This document shows, in pieces, positions 47,951-60,575 of a stretch of 64,000 nucleotides of DNA (position 1 is its first letter; every line of letters begins with the position of its first letter). The DNA is from Rebecca billardiae RCC1528. Its lineage: Eukaryota > Protista > Haptophyta. The notes below the pieces were generated by a model. The model was given only the letters and a program-made list of their open reading frames with translations. It was not told where the DNA came from and made no database searches. Position numbers and translations under genes: made by a program. The DNA is taken from contig OZ251251.1 in NCBI GenBank assembly GCA_965240325.2, positions 310,001 to 374,000 of the forward strand, in the 5' to 3' direction.

Positions 47951-50900
47951 TAGGTCGTGGGCCCACTGGCTACTGTGGGATTATAGTGGCGCAGAGCGCG
48001 AGCTCATAGCGCGGTGTTTACTGCTTTCGTCTCGAGCTGGATTCCAGCCCCATGAGATGGCCCCTGGCCTGCCTGGTAAAAAAACCAGTGGTACATGCTG
48101 TAAATATAGGGCGTAACGGTGACCCTATTTACTTATTGGAAATGGCCTGTGACCAATGTAACGACCATGTAACGGGCGTCTTAAACGTGATATATAGGGT
48201 CGACAGACGTCACTTTGATGGCCCGCGGTGCAGGGCGGAGCGCGCAGCGTGGAGCCCGCACCAGCGGGCCGGAACCACGTTTCAAAAAGATCTTTGATCA
48301 AGAAAAAGGGACGCGGGGGCCGATTTTTAGGGCTGGCGGAGACCGAGTTTCGAATTTTGAGACCCTCTCTACACATGCATCACGGAGAAAAAAACCGCGT
48401 CCACGACATTCCCCTAATCAATCGTGGACGGCCGGGCGTGAGAGTTCACTTCTGTGTGAAGTAGGACGGTTACAAGTCCAATACAAGCGTCAGCTTCTTT
48501 GAGGCTATTTTTGCACGTCCTTACGGGATCAGCGAAGTAATCAACCGATATATATTGGCTTCGTCGGGGTCGTATTCACTACTGGAGTATATTGGGTAAT
48601 TGTGGGTACTCTCGTTCAGTCTATCATATCAGTACATTGGCTCGCTAACGGTGTTGGGGGCATAAGGTCATTTTGGGTAATTGTGGGTATTATCATACCC
48701 AGTTGGGGGCCAGGGGGCGCGCGGCACGCGCTCGCTCCAAAACGGGGCGAGCCCTCGTCGCCCTCGATCGACCGCCATCGGTGTGGACGACCGCGCGGAG
48801 CGCGCGCCGCGCGCGCGCCGCCCGCGCGGCCGCGGGCGCCTCCCGCGCGGGTGGCGCACGCACGCCCGCGCGCCCGCCCGCGCGCCCGCCCGCGCGCGCG
48901 GCCGCGTTTGCGGGCGCGCGCGGATTTTCGAAGGCTTCTGTCTGTCGGGCGTTGCGTCCGACTCGTGCGCCATGTCGTGCCATGTCGTGGCGTGCGCATG
49001 TGCGCACTCTCGGTGGGGTGGTGCGCGGGCGGCGGCGCTCTCCTGATTTCTACCCCGCGCCCGTTTCGCTGTGCGTGCGCGCTGCGTCGCGCAGGCACGC
49101 GAGAGTACCTGCGGCTCCCGCGCGGCCGACGTGGACGGTTGCCCCGGCGCGCCGCTCCAGCACGCGCTCGCGTGTCTGCGTGGACTGGGTTATAGCGCGC
49201 GTGCCGCGCCTTCTTTTCTCGGTGCAGGCGCGCTGGCTGCAGGCCTTGGCCATCGACTACGCGGCGCGCACCCTAGCACTCCCTAGCAGCCAGCCGCGAC
49301 GAGTCCGAGTCTGCGCGCGCAGATGGGCGGCGGCGCGCAGGCCGTGCGCGCGCAGATACACGAGCACGTGCGCGTGAAGGCGCTGGGCGCCGAGCTGGCA
49401 AAGCGCGACGCCGAGCTCGACGCGTGCGCGCAGAGGCGCTGGGCGCCGAGCTGGCGAAGCGAGACGCCGAGCTCGACGCGCTGCGTCACGCGGCACGGAT
49501 GCGCTGGGCGCGCGCGCTGCCCTTGTCCACGCCCTGCAGCAGCTCGAGCAGGTGTGGACGGCCCTCGAAGCTACGGTGGGCGAGCGCGCGCCGCTCAGCC
49601 TGCCGCTGGCCGCCGCCATCCTCGAGGCCGACGCGGCGGAGCAGGCGGCGGGCGAGCACGGCGGCGCGGTGCGGAGCAGGGCACGCGTGCGCCTGGCGGC
49701 GGGCGCGACACGCCACTCGCTTCGTCCCACCCCGAGCTCCGCTCGGTCTGCGCGTGGCTGCGCAGCGTGGGCGGGCAGCAGTGGCGCGCGCTCTCGCTAT
49801 GCCGGCCCGAGGCGCGCCGGCTGAGCGACCAGCGGCCCTTCGTCGAGCGCATGGCGCAGCGCGAGCACCTCAAGCAGGTGCGCGCGCGCGCGCGCACGCG
49901 CCGGCCCGCGCCGCGCGGCGCCTCTCGCCCTGCACGCGCGCCGCCCCGCTTCCCCGCGCGGCCCGTCCGCGCCTCTCGCCCTGCGCGCGCGCCGCCCCGC
50001 TTCCCCGCGCGGCCCGTCCGCTGGTGTCCCGTGCCACCCTTGGCCGTCGGCGCGCCCATTCACGCGCCGCGAGTCCGACGGACGGGTCTGACTCTCACTC
50101 ACTCTCCGAGACGGTGCGGCTCGGCCTGTCTGACTGCCAGGCAGACGCCAGACCGTGCGGATTGACGACGTCACGGTCTCATTCTCAACCACTGCGCCGC
50201 GGGCCCCCAACTGCGTTGGTTCTACGGAAAAGGACCGCGGAACGCGGTCATATAGCACTTTGATGAGCTGATCATAGGTCTTCAGCAGCATGCACACTCA
50301 TGTTGTCACATATACGGCGTATATGGGCACTCTGAGAATACGGGATAACGGCCGTTATACCCGTGCGTTACATACACACCGCCATGCTGATCAGTATGGC
50401 TGCCATAGTATTTCAGACTGTTTCAGACTGCTCTCGTAGCAGCCGTACGGCGTGCATGTGACACCTAAGAATTTTTCCAACCCTTCTACCCTCGAAGGAC
50501 GAGTCTTAAGGAGCCGTGGGCAAAGATTGAGCCTAACCGAGTCGCGGCGCCAGCCCGCCGGCCGTGGTCAAGGCAAGCAGGAGTGGGGCACGCGGCGCCG
50601 GGCACATCCAGCAGCCCGCAGCTTGAACACGGCGGACAAGGTTCGTCGAGTGCTCATCTGTGGCGTTCAAGGCAGGCACTGCTACGCATCGAATGCCTTT
50701 TCTCGTGCTCCGACCTAACCGTTGCTCTACACTGCGACCAAGCTGTGTCCGAGCTGTCCTCAGCTGGACCGGCCTCTGCCTAACTGTGCGCAACGGCCGA
50801 TTCGTCGCAGCGCCGAGCTGGCTCGCCGTGGTGTGCGCGCGCGTAGCAATGTGCACTCATCACCGCTTCCTGCGTGGCAGCAGGGCAAGATATGGCTCAC

Positions 50901-51882
50901 TGGTAAGCTGGTACGCCTGCTGACCGTGCACCGGCGTCGGTGGCGCCGCCAACGTGCTCGGGCAGGCTCACGAAGGGCTTAAATCACTGTTGAACGGATC
51001 AACTGTACTGTCCGCAGCGAGCACGGCGCACAGCGGATGACCAAGCAGAGGCGGGGCGACTGCTGTGCGGCCGCGCGGGGGAGTAGCTAGGCTCTTGAGG
51101 TACGCGTAGAGCCATGACAGGGCTCAACAAGCGCATCAGCTGCAATCTACCCGGCTCGACGCGCAGCCCGACCTCGTGCAATCGTGTGGCTCGAGGCCCT
51201 CCAAGTGGCTCGTAGCTTCCAAACACCTGAGGAGCGTCGGCACTGAGAGTTGAGTCGAGGCCGGGGTGGTGACAGACGGCACACGCATCCGCTTTGACCG
51301 CTGTTTGACCATCAGATCCTTCCCCAAGTGCCCACGATCGTGTGAACAGCCACAGCGTTCGGTCACACCGCACAGACTTCCGGGGACCTGACCGACGAGG
51401 CGGGCCTCCGCAGGGCCGCAGAAGTAGCTGGGCATTGCCAGGACACCATGCAGATTCTGTCCCAGTAACGTCCCGGAGTGTCCCAGTTCGTTCACGGGTG
51501 TCCCAAGCTCGCGTTGTGCACGCATTACAATCCCCAAAGCTGTTCCCGTGTTTGAACGCGCGACTGTCGGCGAGAGATGGCAGACCGGGAAGATGACCCA
51601 GGTATGAACCGTTCGCATGGCTCGTTCCAGAAGGCTACGCAGCATGCCACGGGCGTGCGGCGCAGCGTGCCTCGCATGGCAGGCGGGCAAGCGCGGCGGA
51701 CAACGCGCTGACGACGCGCACAGGTCCATCCCGGTCATCGTTTTCGCGATCGATCGGCTTCCCGGACCGGGAGTTCGGCGGCCTGGAAAAAGGGACTTCA
51801 GCGCGAGGAAAAGAGCACGGCTGCGGTCCGAAAAAGCCAGAGAGATTGTGTTTTCATTTTTTAATTGCTGTGGGCCCACCTA
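47951..51882. mobile_element. Non-autonomous TIR transposon with a 7-bp TSD, related to the 10038-16124 element in the opposite orientation
   Basis: TAGGT(CGT)GGGCCCAC and GTGGGCCCACCTA termini; AGTCAGT at 47944-47950 and 51883-51889; subterminal 48100-48205 matches the reverse complement of 15860-15985. Confidence 0.85.
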
Positions 51883-52502
51883 AGTCAGTCCGGCTGAGTA
51901 CGGTCTTATATTTGCCGCCGACCGTACTCCACTGACCACTAGTTCATCTGACTAGTCGGACTGTCTGAGTGATCTGACTGATCGCGGACTAGACGAACTC
52001 GGAACTCGGGGTCGGCGCCGAATTTATATATAGCCTGCTTATAATAGCAGGCGCACCGGCTTCAGATCGAATATTGTATAGTCCGATCATCATCAGCAGT
52101 CAATAATATATATTATATATATTCGCGACTAGCAGTAGTTATACTACGCGCGCATCATTATTATAATAATCGATCAGCAGCAGAGCAAAATAATAATTCG
52201 TCGGACGATCATATCGTCGTTATTATTTATATATGTATTATTCATCGTCGTATATCGTCTGGCCTCTAGCCGCCGGACAAAACCTCGCCGTGGCCGAAGC
52301 TTCCATCGGACAACCCGCCAAGACGTGGGGAATCGACGACCAAGCCTACGCTTGCGCTGATCTCTGCTGCTCGGACTGCCGCCGTGCGCGCTGCGCTGTG
52401 GGCTGCCGCGGGCGTGCGGCGTCGGATGGGCGGCCTGATGCTGGGTGCGAGCGCCGGCAGCTCAGGCGCGGCGCTGCCCGGCCAGCGCTCACCGCGGCCG
52501 CC

Positions 52503-55081
52503 TCACGCGGCCGCGGGGCGCAGCGGCTTGCCCGACTTGGCGTGGTCGAGCAGCAGCTGGCACGGCGCGAACTGCTCGCCGTGCGCGTCCGCGAGCGCGC
52601 GCATCCGGTCCACGTACGCGCGCGCGCCGACCGCGTCGATGTACTTGAAGGGGCCGCCGAGGAAGGGCGGGAAGCCGATGCCGAAGACCGCGCCGATGTC
52701 GCCGTCGGAGGGCGAGCTGATCACGCCGTCTGCGGGCGCGGGGCACGCGCGCGCCGCGCGGCGGTCGTGAGCGGCGGTCGTGAGCGGCGGCGCGGCGGCG
52801 CGCGGTGGCGCGGCGCGGCGCCCGCACGCCCCGGGCCGCGGCGCGGCGCGGCGCGCGCGCAGCGGCGCACCCTGCAGGCAGAGGGCGGCCTCGTTGATGA
52901 AGCGGCCGGCCATGCGGTGCTGGATCTCCTCCTCCGCGGGCGTGCGCTGCGCCGCCTTCTCCTGGTACGGCTTGAGCAGCTTGAGCGCCTCGGGGTTGAG
53001 CTCCTTGCCGCCGCCCGTGCCGCCCTTGCCGTACGAGAAGAAGCCAGCGCCGCCCTTCTTGCCCACAATCTTGGCGGCGACGAGGTCGTCGAGGAAGCCG
53101 AGGTCGGCGCCGCCCATGCGCACGCCGAGGTCGTCGGTCAGGTTGTGCACCACTGCGCGCGCGCGCCGGGCGCGCGCGGGGCGGCGGTGAGCGCGGCGGC
53201 GGCGTCGCGCGGTGGCGCGCGCGCGGCGCGCTGCGGCGCGCGCGCGCCGGCGTCGCGCCGCGCGCCGCCGCGCGCGCGCGCGCGCGCACCGTGCGTCGTC
53301 ACGTCGATGCCCACCTCGTCGGCGAGGGTGATCGGCCCGACGGGGAAGCCGAAGTGCTTCATCGCCTTGTTCAGCGCGAGCGGGTCCGTGCCGGACTGCA
53401 CGAGGCTCATCGCCTCGGCGATCATCGGCCCGAGGCAGCGGTTGACGTAGAAGCCGGGCACGTCCTTGACCACGATCACCGTCTTGCCCTGCCGGATGCC
53501 CACGTCCACCGCGGCCTGCTTGGCGGCCATGCTGGTGGAGGCGTGCGGGATGACCTCGAGCAGCGGCATCTTGTCGACGGGCGAGAAGTAGTGCATCCCC
53601 ACGATCCGCTCGGGCACGCGCGCGTGCGCCGCGATCTTGCCCAGCGGCAGCGTGCTCGTGTTGGACGCGATCACCGCGCTGTCCGGCAGCACGCCCTCGA
53701 GCAAGGCCACCACCTTGTGCTTCACCGAGAGCTCCTCGAACACGGCCTCGACGACGAGCTCGCAGCGGCCGAGCCAGGTGCGCCAGGTGGGGTCGGCGTC
53801 GGTGAGGCCGACGATGTTGCCCAGCTGCACGTCGCGCATGAACGGGCTCAGCGACCTCCGCTTCACCTTGCGCCCGAGGTTGGCCGCCACCTGCGCCTCG
53901 CCGCGCGCCAGCCCGGCCGCGGTCGTGTCCTTGAGGACCACCTGCATGCCCTTGGTGGCGGACACCTCGGCGATGCCCGCGCCCATCAGCCCGGCGCCGA
54001 GCACGCCGACGGTGGAGACGCGCGCGGCGGGCGCGCCGAACGGGTTCTTCTTGCACGCCGTCTGCCCGAAGAAGAGCCCCTGCAGCGCGGCGCACTCGGG
54101 CGTGACCGCGAGCTCGCCAAAGCGCGCCGCCTCGACCGCCGAGCCCGCCGCGTGCCCGCCCTCGAGCCCGGCGCGCACCGCCGCGAGGATGGCGGGCGGC
54201 GCGGGGTACTTGCCGAGCGTCTTCTTGAGCGTGGCCTTCTCGGCCATCTGGAACAGCAGCTGCCGCCCCGGCGCCGTGCGCTCGAGCAGCCACTCCACCA
54301 CCGGCGTCTTCTTGCGCGACACCGAGCGCTTGGCGGTGCCGTCGGCGAGAGCGCGCGCGGCGGCGGTCGCCGCGCGCCGCAGGCCGTGCGCGTCGACGAC
54401 GTGGTCGACGAGGCCGAGCTTGCGCGCCTTGTCGGGGCGGACGGTCTTGCCCGTGAGCATCATGTCCAGCGCCGCCTGCGTGCCGATCAGCCGCGGCAGC
54501 CGCTGCGTGCCGCCCGAGCCGGGCAGCAGCCCGAGCATCACCTCGGGCAGCGCGAGCGCCGTCTTGGCGTGCGCGCTCGCGACGCGCGCGTGGCACGCGA
54601 GCGCGACCTCGAGGCCGCCGCCCATGCACGCGCCGTGGATCGCGGCGACGACGGGCGTCTTCGACCCCGCGATCCGGTCCATGATGCGCTGCCCCGCGCG
54701 CGCCAGCTCCGCCGCCTCCTCCGCGGTCTTGCACGCGGCGAGCATGCGGATGTCCGCGCCCGCGATGAAGTTGTCGGGCTTGGCCGAGATGAGGACGGCG
54801 GCGCGCACGGCGGGGTTGGCCTCGACGGCGTCGAAGGTCTTCTCAAACTCGCCCATCAGCTTCTTGCTCAGCGTGTTCATCTTCTCCCCCTTGCAGTCCA
54901 GCCGCACGTACGCGATCTCGCCCTCGATCTCGACGCTCACGTCCGAGCCGCCGCCCGCCGAGCCGGCGGCCGAGAGCGCGCGGCGCGGCGGCGCGGGGGC
55001 GAGCAGCGCGCGCGTGGGGGCGAGCCCACCGCCCGGCGCGCCACCGCGCACGGCCGCGCGCAGCGCCACCGCTCCCCACAT
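52503..55081 (-). CDS. HADHA: Mitochondrial trifunctional enzyme alpha subunit (enoyl-CoA hydratase / 3-hydroxyacyl-CoA dehydrogenase)
   Basis: Motifs ISAKPDNFIAGADI, GGGLEVALAC, LPEVMLGLLPGSGGTQRL, VLGAGLMGAGIA, GMHYFSPVDKMPLLE and GDIGAVFGIGFPPFLGGPF; introns 53153-53289 and 52730-52870. Confidence 0.96.
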
Positions 55082-55443
55082 CGCGCGTGCGGCGTGCGCC
55101 GGGGTGGACGGTCGGCCTCGGCGCGTTGCCGGCGGCTGGCGGCCCTCCTCGGCCTCGGCTCGGACCGGCGATACGACGATGGCGGCGGTAGTTGCCGCTT
55201 GCTGTTTCGTCCGCACGTGTTTTTTACGGAAGAAAGCAGGCCGCGTGGACACCGGGCTTCTTCGTCGCGCATCGCCGGTCCAAGGGAGTCCCTTGGCCGG
55301 TCGCTCCGGTCGGGGTGGATGAATATTCTCGATTTCTCGAGCCTGGGCGTCATATTATCTCGAGCGCATCCGCAAGCTGGCGCGCACGCCCGTGCCGGCA
55401 CACGTGTGCACGGGCTCGCGCGATGCCGGAGGGCACGACAGCG

Positions 55444-55647
55444 ATGGCATCCTGCGACGCGAGCGGTTCGTGCGCCAAGCCAGCAGCACCGATCGGCGCG
55501 GACGGCAAGCCGAAGCGCATCTGCTGCGCGTGCCCGGACACCAAGCGCGCACGAGACGAGTGCTACGCGCTCAAGGGCGAGGCGGCGTGCCAGGAGCTCG
55601 TCGAGGCGCACAAGGTGTGCCTGCGCCAGGAGGGCTTCGACGTCTGA
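55444..55647 (+). CDS. COX17: Cytochrome c oxidase copper chaperone
   Basis: KPKRICCACPDTKRARDEC...GEAACQELVEAHKVCLRQEGFDV (CCxC plus twin Cx9C). Confidence 0.95.
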   Translation: MASCDASGSCAKPAAPIGADGKPKRICCACPDTKRARDECYALKGEAACQELVEAHKVCLRQEGFDV

Positions 55648-56300
55648 GCAGGGCGCCTCCCCAGACCCCGCGCCACGGGCCAGGCGTGCCCGTGACGGCA
55701 TCGATCGCCAGGGTTGTGCCCCCGCTTTGGCGCGCTAACTTTGCTCTCACAAACTACGACCTCAGGGCGCGGCGGATGAGGCACAGTCATGCGGCGCAGG
55801 CAGTGAGAAGCAGCTTGCCGAGCCAGCAAGCATCCGGCAGTGCGTGGATGCCCATCGGGCCCCGGACCGAGGTCTGATGAGCACCGGATTCATCAGATCG
55901 TCGCAGGCTAGCAGGGCTAGATAGCCCAGACTGGCGGCTCCGGGGTCGCGCGTCCAGGGGACTCGGACCGCGGAGTGCCACGCCGAGTGATCCGCGGGTG
56001 CACTTACGGCTGACACTGCAGTACGTTCTGCGTATCGTTCACGTTATTAGCTGAGTCATCGTCATCAACTGCTATGAGCGAGCTGAGCGATTATTGACCG
56101 TGATGACTCCGGCCTCGCCCTCGGCCTCGGGCACGAGCACGGGCGCGGGGCCGCGGTCCGCGCCGATGAGTGCGACTAGACCCACGGCCATGATGATTGA
56201 TGCCCGCCATCACGGCCGCCGTGATGCGGAGCCGCCGGGATGCAGGGCCGGCTCGGCCGGGCAGCAGCGGTGCCGCCGTCGCACGGCTCGGCGCGGCGGC

Positions 56301-57361
56301 TCAGATGCGTTGCGACAGCCTGGACGCGGTGGCGCGCATCGAGTTGTACACCTTGCCCGGCGGGCTGCCGAGGATGAGCGCGCACACGGCGTCGCGCGCC
56401 ACCTTGATGTGCGCCACTGAGCCCAGGATGTGCACCTTGCTGTCCGCGAGCACGATGCGCGTGCGCGTCGCGTTCTCGATGGCGAATTTGGTCTTCCCGT
56501 CCTTCCCCGCGATCCGCCCCACCGCGCGGCCCAGGTGGTCCCCGCGCAGCAGCTTGACGTCCGTCACGTCAAAGCTCTCCACGTACAGCTCATCCAGCCG
56601 CAGCAGAGCGAGCGCGTCCGCCACGTCGAAGCCGAGGCAGAAGGCCTTGAGGAAGTCGCAGCCCTTCTGCAGCACGTCGGCGTCCTCGGTCTGCGCGGAG
56701 GTGCGCAGCTCGACGCACCGCCGCTTCGGGTTCATGCTGCGCGGCGGCGGCGGCGGCGGCGCGCGCACGTGCGCGCGCGGTGAGCGCCTCGCGTGGCGCG
56801 GGCGCGGGCCGACCGACGCGCGCGCCGGCGCGAGGGCGCGCGCGCACCGGATGTCGAGCTTGAGCTTCTCGACGATGGGGGTGTACAGCTGCATCCAGTT
56901 CTGCTTGAGCGGCGTCAGCCTGTGCGGCGGCACGGGCACGGTGCGGTGCTCGACGGCAGCTCCCTGCAAGGCGCGGCGAGAGGTGGGGGCACGCCCGGCG
57001 TCATGCGCGCGGCCGGGCGCCACGCGGGCGGGGCGGAGCGCGAGCGGCTCGGCCTCGGCGCGCGATATGATGCCTGCTCTGCGCCCCGCCGGGCCCGCCG
57101 CCTCCCTCCCACCGCGCACGCGCCCCGAGCGCGCGCGCACACCTGCTGCTGCCTCATGCGCGGGAAGTCTGGCTTGTGGGCACCGCCCGCCTGGCCGCGC
57201 AGCCGCTTGCCCCCGCGCTCGGCCTCGTCGTCATCCTCGTCATCCATGGGCGCAGGGACGTGGGTGGCGGCCTCGAGCTCATCCGCTGCCACCGTCGCGT
57301 CGCCGTCCGCCTCCTCCGCGTCCTTGGCGGAGGCTCGACGTGACCTTTGGCCGGGCGCCAT
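56301..57361 (-). CDS. PNO1: Pre-rRNA processing KH-domain protein Pno1/Dim2
   Basis: Motifs VPVPPHRLTPLKQNW, GFDVADALALLRLDELYVESF and GDHLGRAVGRIAGKDGKTKFAIENATRTRIVLAD; introns 56964-57142 and 56737-56847. Confidence 0.96.
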
Positions 57362-57630
57362 GGCTGCAGATGCACCACGAGCACGGTCCGGATGGGCAAC
57401 GTCGCGCGCTTGCGCCCGACTTTTTCGGCCGCGGTTTGACGGTTGACGGTTTGACGGCGATTTTCGCGCCCGCAATTTCATCAACGTGATATGCCGGCGC
57501 GGTGATGGCCGATGACGACGAACGCTAGTCCGCACAGTGCGGGTCAACGCGGGAGGTTGCGCGGCGGCGACAGCCGGCTCGCCACGGCGGCGCTCGCGGC
57601 GGGGGTGGCGGCGTGCCGCGAGCCCGCAGC

Positions 57631-58626
57631 ATGTCCGAATGCCTCACGAACGCGCAGAACATCGGCATCGGCTCGATCGCCGCGACGATGCAGGGCGTGC
57701 TGCTGCAGCCCACGCTGTACTGGAAGAACGCGTCCGCGCAGGGGCTGCCGTTCACGCTCAACCCGGCGCTGCTCTACCGCGGCGTGGGCGCGTCGATCGG
57801 GAACGAGGTGGCGCAGCTGTGCTCGCAGATGTGGATCACGGGCATCTCGAAGCGCCTGTTCGCCGCGCGCGCCGCCCAGCTCCGCGACGAGGGCGCGCAG
57901 ATCTCGGCGGCCGAGACCATCTTTGCGGCGTCGATGGGCGGCGCGACCACCGCGATGATCGCCACGCCGATCGAGCTGGTGATGATCCAGCAGCAGCTGT
58001 ACGGCGTGAGCATACGCGACGTGCTCGCGCACATCGTGCGCCCTGGCGGCCCGGGCACCGCCGTGCGCCTGCGCCCGCTCTTCCGCGGGCTGCTGCCGAC
58101 GGTGGCGCGCGACTCCATCTACGTGAGCGGCATGCTGGGCGTCACGCCGCTCGTCACCGGCTGGCTGATGGAGCCGGCGATGGAGGTGAGCTCGTCGACC
58201 GCGTCGATCACCGCGTCAATCGTCGGCGGCTGCATGGGCGCGATGATCAGCCACCCGTTCGACATGGTCAAGACGTGCATGCAGGGAGACGTGCACGGCG
58301 AGCGGTACGGCGCGTCCGTGCGCAGCGCGTTTGTGTCCGTGTACCGGGAGCGGGGGCTGCCCGGCTTCTGGCGGGGCATGGTGTGGCGCACGATGAACAT
58401 CGTCGCGTGCGTGTTCATCGTGAACGAGTGCTTCCTGCGCCTCGTGCCGCTGCTCTTCCCGGACGCGCGCCCCGCGCATGCCCAGCTCAGACGAGAGGGG
58501 TGCGACGAGGGCGCGGAGGAGGAGGGCGCGGAGGCCGGGCGGCAGCGACGCCGCCACTCGGAGCGCGAGCACCGCTCACCGCCGCGCATCGTGATGCGCA
58601 CGAGCTTCAGCGGAGACATCAAGTGA
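57631..58626 (+). CDS. Mitochondrial carrier (SLC25) family protein
   Basis: Px[D/E]xx[K/R]-type signatures TPIELVMIQQQ and HPFDMVKTCMQ, plus LYRG/LFRG/FWRG repeats. Confidence 0.9.
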   Translation: MSECLTNAQNIGIGSIAATMQGVLLQPTLYWKNASAQGLPFTLNPALLYRGVGASIGNEVAQLCSQMWITGISKRLFAARAAQLRDEGAQISAAETIFAASMGGATTAMIATPIELVMIQQQLYGVSIRDVLAHIVRPGGPGTAVRLRPLFRGLLPTVARDSIYVSGMLGVTPLVTGWLMEPAMEVSSSTASITASIVGGCMGAMISHPFDMVKTCMQGDVHGERYGASVRSAFVSVYRERGLPGFWRGMVWRTMNIVACVFIVNECFLRLVPLLFPDARPAHAQLRREGCDEGAEEEGAEAGRQRRRHSEREHRSPPRIVMRTSFSGDIK

Positions 58627-58925
58627 GCGCGGGGCGCGCCGCGTGCGAGCGTGTGCGTGGCGAGCCGGCGGCGCGGGTGGGGTAGCGGCGTGCCCGCACG
58701 GACCGTCGACGGAGCCGAGCGCGCCGTTGCGCACGCAGTGCCCACTGGCTGAGTGGCTGACGACCGTCACCGTCGATCGAGCGGTCGTCTGAGAATTAAA
58801 TCGATCATCATCATATATAATGACGACGTATAGATATTAGATCGACTATGGTTACAATACGAGTCACGCGGTAGCGGGCTAGCGCGTGATGCTGATGATG
58901 ACGATGCTCGCGGATGATATATATT

Positions 58926-60496
58926 GGGATTTTACCAACGAACGACGGGCGCGGGCAGTGCGGAGGCGCAGCTGCCCGTGGTCGAGAGGGCGCCCGTGAG
59001 GTCCGTCAGTCACGGAGGTCGACGGCCGATCTGGCTGACCAGACAGCACGGGTTGCACAGCACCGTTATCCCAGACAGAGGGTGGGAGGGTGGGCAAACA
59101 GTGAACCGCCGCCGCGGAGCTGACGCGGCAGCACGTGAGCTGCTGGACGAGAATGTGATGCCGGACGAGCGACGACGCGGCTGCGGTGCGGCGCTGCAGG
59201 GCGGAGGCGCTGACAGCAGCAACCTCACCGAGCAGAGGGGACTACCAAAGCAGCGTATACACCTCCTGTGTGCCGAGCTCACAAGAGTGGTCGGAGGAGA
59301 GTGTAGCGTGCGGTGTCGTGGGCCCCCTGCTCGGCTCGGCGCCTTGTGTCATGGCGCCCCCGTACCTTGGGCCGAGCCGCGCCGAGGCCAGAAGAGTCGC
59401 CTCGGATGGAACAGGAATCGCCGAGCAAGTCCTGCAGGCGGTGCCCGGTGCCGACCGGATTGGCTGCCGAAAAGGGGTCCGACCAGGACTGCGCGCGCTG
59501 GGCGGCGGGCGCCCCGGCCGGACAGCTGGTTGATGATGCCAAGCGAGCCGGATCTTGGTGTCGCTCTTAGACACTCAGTTATTGTGCCAATAACGCCACG
59601 TCTAACCACTCCGCCATGCCCTGCTCGCTCGAAGCGTCGAGCACGACCGAGAGCTGGATGGTCGTGGCGTGAACTGCGTCTTGGGACAGTCCACGATGAT
59701 GATCATGATTGGGACACGATCATGTTACATAGGTCGGGATTTTACCAACGAACGACGGGCGCGGGCAGTGCGGAGGCGCAGCTGCCCGTGGTCGAGAGGG
59801 CGCCCGTGAGTCCCGTTTATAAATTAGAGCGGGCGTCCAAGTAGTGGTTGATGAATCCCGTTAAAAGAAGAGAAAGATTGGGGACTGCGCGTAGCGTTCA
59901 CGCGCGCGCGGTGGCGCGGTGTGTGCCGCGTGTTGAGCGAGAGCGTGCGGCACATGGCGCGACGCGCGTGCGCGAGACGTGCGCATATCTCAAACAGTGA
60001 ACCGCCGCCGCGGAGCTGACGCGGCAGCACGTGAGCTGCTGGACGCCAGAATGTGATGCCGGACGAGCGACGACGCGGCTGCGGTGCGGCGCTGCAGGGC
60101 GGAGGCGCTGACAGCAGCAACCTCACCGAGCAGAGGGGACTACCAAAGCAGCGTATACACCTCCTGTGTGCCGAGCTCACAAGAGTGGTCGGAGGAGAGT
60201 GTAGCGTGCGGTGTCGTGGGCCCCCTGCTCGGCTCGGCGCCTTGTGTCATGGCGCCCCCGTACCTTGGGCCGAGCCGCGCCGAGGCCAGAAGAGTCGCCT
60301 CGGATGGAACAGGAATCGCCGAGCAAGTCCTGCAGGCGGTGCCCGGTGCCGACCGGATTGGCTGCCGAAACTAGGGGTCCGACCAGGACTGCGCGCGCTG
60401 GGCGGCGGGCGCCCCGGCCGGACAGCTGGTTGATGATGCCAAGCGAGCCGGATCTTGGTGTCGCTCTTAGACACTCAGTTATTGTGCCAATAACGC

Positions 60497-60573
<77 letters not shown>
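58926..60573 (+). mobile_element. Dimeric repeat element with an (AT)n tail, flanked by a 13-bp direct repeat (possible retroposed element)
   Basis: 58926-59000 equals 59736-59810, and 59095-59599 is nearly identical to 59991-60499 (two small indels). (AT)n at 60500-60571; GATGATATATATT at 58913-58925 and 60574-60586. Confidence 0.65.
60500..60571. repeat. (AT)n microsatellite
   Basis: Perfect AT dinucleotide run of about 72 bp. Confidence 0.98.

Positions 60574-60575
<2 letters not shown>

Noticed and set aside
50500-50985. TTAA-bounded piggyBac/Kolobok-like insert
   Set aside because: The two ends are not convincingly inverted repeats.
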